DNA of 64,000 nt from an uncultured Acidobacteriota bacterium. Its GTDB lineage: Bacteria; Acidobacteriota; Vicinamibacteria; Vicinamibacterales; UBA2999. Positions 61,244-64,000 of this stretch are shown here, in pieces. The position numbers were made by a program, and so were the translations under genes. The notes below the pieces were generated by a model. The model was not told the origin of the DNA and did not search any database. It saw only the letters and a program-made list of their open reading frames with translations. Within the stretch, counting starts at the first letter, position 1, and every line of letters begins with the position of its first letter. The stretch covers positions 1,383,733 through 1,447,732 of the forward strand of contig CAWEBU010000006.1 in the NCBI GenBank assembly GCA_963807405.1, read 5' to 3'.

Positions 61244-64000
61244 CTACGCGCGGGACACGGGACGGCGACGGCCGTCGAGCACGCGGCGGACCGCCTTGTC
61301 GAAGCGCTCCTGCAGCGGCTTGCGCACGTCCGGTGAGACCGGGCCCAGCCGCAGCCAGGCCGACTGCGCGCTGCGCAGTTCCTGATCGGCCGCCCGCTGA
61401 CGCGCTTCCTCGGCCTGCCGCGCCGCGCCGGCGCCCATGGTGTTGGCGGCCAGCGCCTCGCGCCACTGCCTGGCGAGCAACTCGGCCGGCGACAGCGCCG
61501 CCGTGGCCTTGGCGGCCCCGCCGTCATTCGGCGCCAGCGCCTCGACCTTCGCGGCCAGCTTCTCCATGCGCTTGGCGGTCACGGTGGGATCGAGTTCGCC
61601 ACCGGTGAACGCATCCGGCCACCGCGTCACCAGGGACAGCAGCGCGCCGTTCACGCGCTCGGCCAGCGGCGTCAGCACGTGGCGCGGCAGCTCCGGGCCC
61701 TGCAGCCAGCGCGCCCGCGCCGCCTGCACCTTGTTGTAGAGATCGTCGGGCATCTCCGCGCCCTCGTCGGGCACGAGCGCCTCGATCTCGGCCACCGCCG
61801 TGTCGCGGTCGACGAACTTGGTCTGGATGGCTTCCTGATCGCGGTTCTTGAAGCGCTCGAAGAACAGGTCGCAGGCGGCGCGGAAGCGCTCCCACACCTG
61901 ATCCGACTTGCTCTTCTTGACCGGACCGATCGTCTTCCACTCGACCTGCAGCGCCTTGAGCCGCGCCGACGCCTGTTCCCAGTTGGTCGACTGCGCCAGC
62001 TGTTCGGCCTCGGTGATGAGCGCTTCCTTCTTCGAGAGGTTGTCGCCCCAGTCGCTCTTGCGCTGCTTCATGTCGGCCTGGCGGCGGGTGAAGAACCCGT
62101 CACAGGCCTTGCGGAAGCGCTCCCAGATGGCTTTCTCGCGGCCGCGCGTGACCGGGCCGATGGCCTTCCACTCGGCCTGCAGGGCCTTCATGGCGTCGGC
62201 CGTCCGCACCCAGTCGGTCGAGTCGGACAACGCTTCGGCGCGCGCGCACAGCTCTTCCTTCTTCTTCAGCGCCTCCTGGCGTTCGACCGCCTGCTCGGCG
62301 AAGAAGTCCTTGCACTTCTCGTAGACCTGGCCCTGCGCCGCCTTGAAGCGGGTCCACAGCGCCTCGCCCTGCGAGCGCGGCGCCGCCGCCACCGGCTTCC
62401 ACTTCTCCTGCAGCTGCCGCATCTCTTCGGCGGCCTTGGCCGGTTCGGTGTCGGCCAGCGGGATCAGGGCTTCCATCTTCCCGCACAGCTCTTCCTGCAC
62501 CTGGACGTTGGCCCAGCGCTTCCACTCCTCGGCGTTGCGCAGCTCGTCGAGCCGCGGCTGCACGGCCGCGCGCACGGCCGACAGACGCACCGTGAGGTCT
62601 TCGCGGTCCTGCGGCGTCGGCAGCGGGCCCATCGTGCCGACGACCAGCTTGACGTCCTTGACGATGGTGTCGGCGTCTTTGAGGGACAGCGACTCGGCGG
62701 CCGCGCGCGCCTCGAGCGCCTGCACGGCGGCCTGCAGCCGCTGCAGGTTGTCCTGCTGCTGCTTCTGCTTGCCCTCGCGGACGGTGGCCTCGCCGGCCTC
62801 GAACGCCGTGGCCGCCGCCTGGAAGCGCTCGGCGAGCGCCGGATCGATCTCGCCCGTGCGCTGCACGGCCTGCCACTTGCGGCGCAGTGCCTGCCACTGT
62901 CCGCGCACGACGGCGTAGTCCTGGCCGACCAGCGTCTCCACCTCGTCGACGATCGACGGCGCCTGCGCACGCAGCTCGCGCGCTTGCTCCGCCGTTTCGT
63001 GCCGGCGTTCGGCCGCCTTGACGGCGTCGTCGAAACGGCGCTGCAGATCTGCCGCCCACGCGGCGGGCATCGGCGCCAGGGCGTCCCAGGCGGCGCGGGC
63101 CTCCGCCAGCGCGGCCGGGATGTCGTCGCCCGACAGGCCTTCGACCTGCTCGCACAGGCGCACGCGCTCGGCCTGCTCCTCGCGCTGGGCCGCGGCGGCC
63201 CGGGCGGCCGTGGCACGGCTGGCTTCGTCGGCAGCGAGCGCGCTGCGGACGGCGTCCGACAGGGTCTCGAACTCGGCGACGATCGAGGGATCGATGTCGG
63301 CGTCGGCGTTCAGTTCCACCCACGCCACGCGGGTGGCGGCATAGCCGTTCCCGCACCGCTGCCAGGTCGGCGGTGGCGCCGAGCTCGGCCATCTGGCGGC
63401 TCAGCTCGCGGGCGCTCTGCTGCTCGGCTTCGCGGTACTGCGGCGCGGCCGGGGCGGCGGTCTCGACGGGCGGCGCGGTCAGGGCCGCCGCCAGGGCCTT
63501 GGCCCGCTTGGCCACGGCGCGCGACTTGGCGCGCTGGGCAATCGTGCCGAGCTGGTCGGCCGAGAGGCCCGACAGCCGGTCGAAGGCAGCCACGGCGGTC
63601 TCGGCGTGTTCCCCGTTGACGGCCACGGCTTCGAGCTCGCCGGCATCCGACAGACGTTCGAGTGCCAGCAGCCGCGTGCTGGCATCCCCGGCGTTGCGGG
63701 CGACGCCCCCGAGCAGCTTGGCGTCGGTCAGTTCGGCCACGGCGGCCTGACGCGCCGGTTCAGGCGCCGTCGAACGGGCCAGCGTCGCCAGATCCCTGGA
63801 CCGCCCGAGGGCGGCCAGCGCGCGCACGGCGGCGGCCGCGCCACCGGGCTCGCCCGCCAGCGCCACGATCCGCTGCACGGCGGCATCACGCACGCCGGTG
63901 TCGCTGTCGTTCCGAACGACGGCGGCGAGGACCTCGGCATCCGCCAGCCGGCCCAGGGCCGCCCGTCGAACGCGCGTGTCGGAGTCTTCGGTAGCTACCT
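61244..64000 (-). pseudogene. HEAT-repeat / DUF349-repeat protein, 5' end outside the window, +1 frameshift near 63347
   Basis: The C-terminal 694 aa carry repeated DUF349-type units (W..I.GPV......W.RF..A.D.FF). The N-terminal part is in another frame, with HEAT-like repeats (DSDTRVRRAALGRLAD, DSDTGVRDAAVQRIVAL) running to the window edge. The junction reads DLAAVRE|GYAATRVAWVELN after removing one base. Confidence 0.75.

Overview
This is a 64-kb, very GC-rich (roughly 70% by eye) bacterial chromosomal segment. A CarboxypepD_reg-type TonB-dependent receptor, a PadR plus duplicated-FtsX 'ADOP' permease pair and a TIGR03436-like VWA protein suggest Acidobacteriota, possibly Vicinamibacteria-like; this is inference, since no search was possible.

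Layout:
- 1-4.3 kb: flagellar basal-body operon flgB-flgC-fliE-fliF-fliG-fliH on the minus strand.
- 4.4-15.3 kb: dense signalling island with a CheY-like RR, a sigma54 activator, four histidine kinases (two are tandem paralogous hybrid kinases), an EAL-HDOD protein and an HDOD protein.
- 15.3-36.6 kb: mixed envelope and metabolic genes (PhoD, TonB receptor, DUF5916, LOG, NadE, VWA, TrmH, GlpK/GlpF, PPTase, rhodanese, GGT).
- 36.7-45.2 kb: minus-strand redox cluster with a Tat-signal NAD(P) Rossmann protein, a PQQ dehydrogenase and a selenocysteine formate dehydrogenase.
- 45.3-64 kb: housekeeping genes (cytochrome c'-like fusion, AhcY, ArsR-methyltransferase, PadR/ADOP, PepF, TVP38-FAD reductase, thioesterase-thrB-thrC, speA, DUF349/HEAT protein).

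Most notable observations:
1. The formate dehydrogenase has an in-frame TGA (Sec) with a SECIS-like hairpin. Its alpha subunit is split into two ORFs encoded in permuted order around a NuoE/F-like gene.
2. Nine frame disruptions occur in seven otherwise well-conserved genes. All are net +1, which more likely reflects sequence error than biology.
3. A 24-27 nt REP-like element is arranged as two direct copies plus one inverted copy at two loci.

No rRNA, tRNA, CRISPR array, transposase/integrase or recognisable defence gene was seen. All functions come from motif and family recognition by eye, and several start codons are uncertain.
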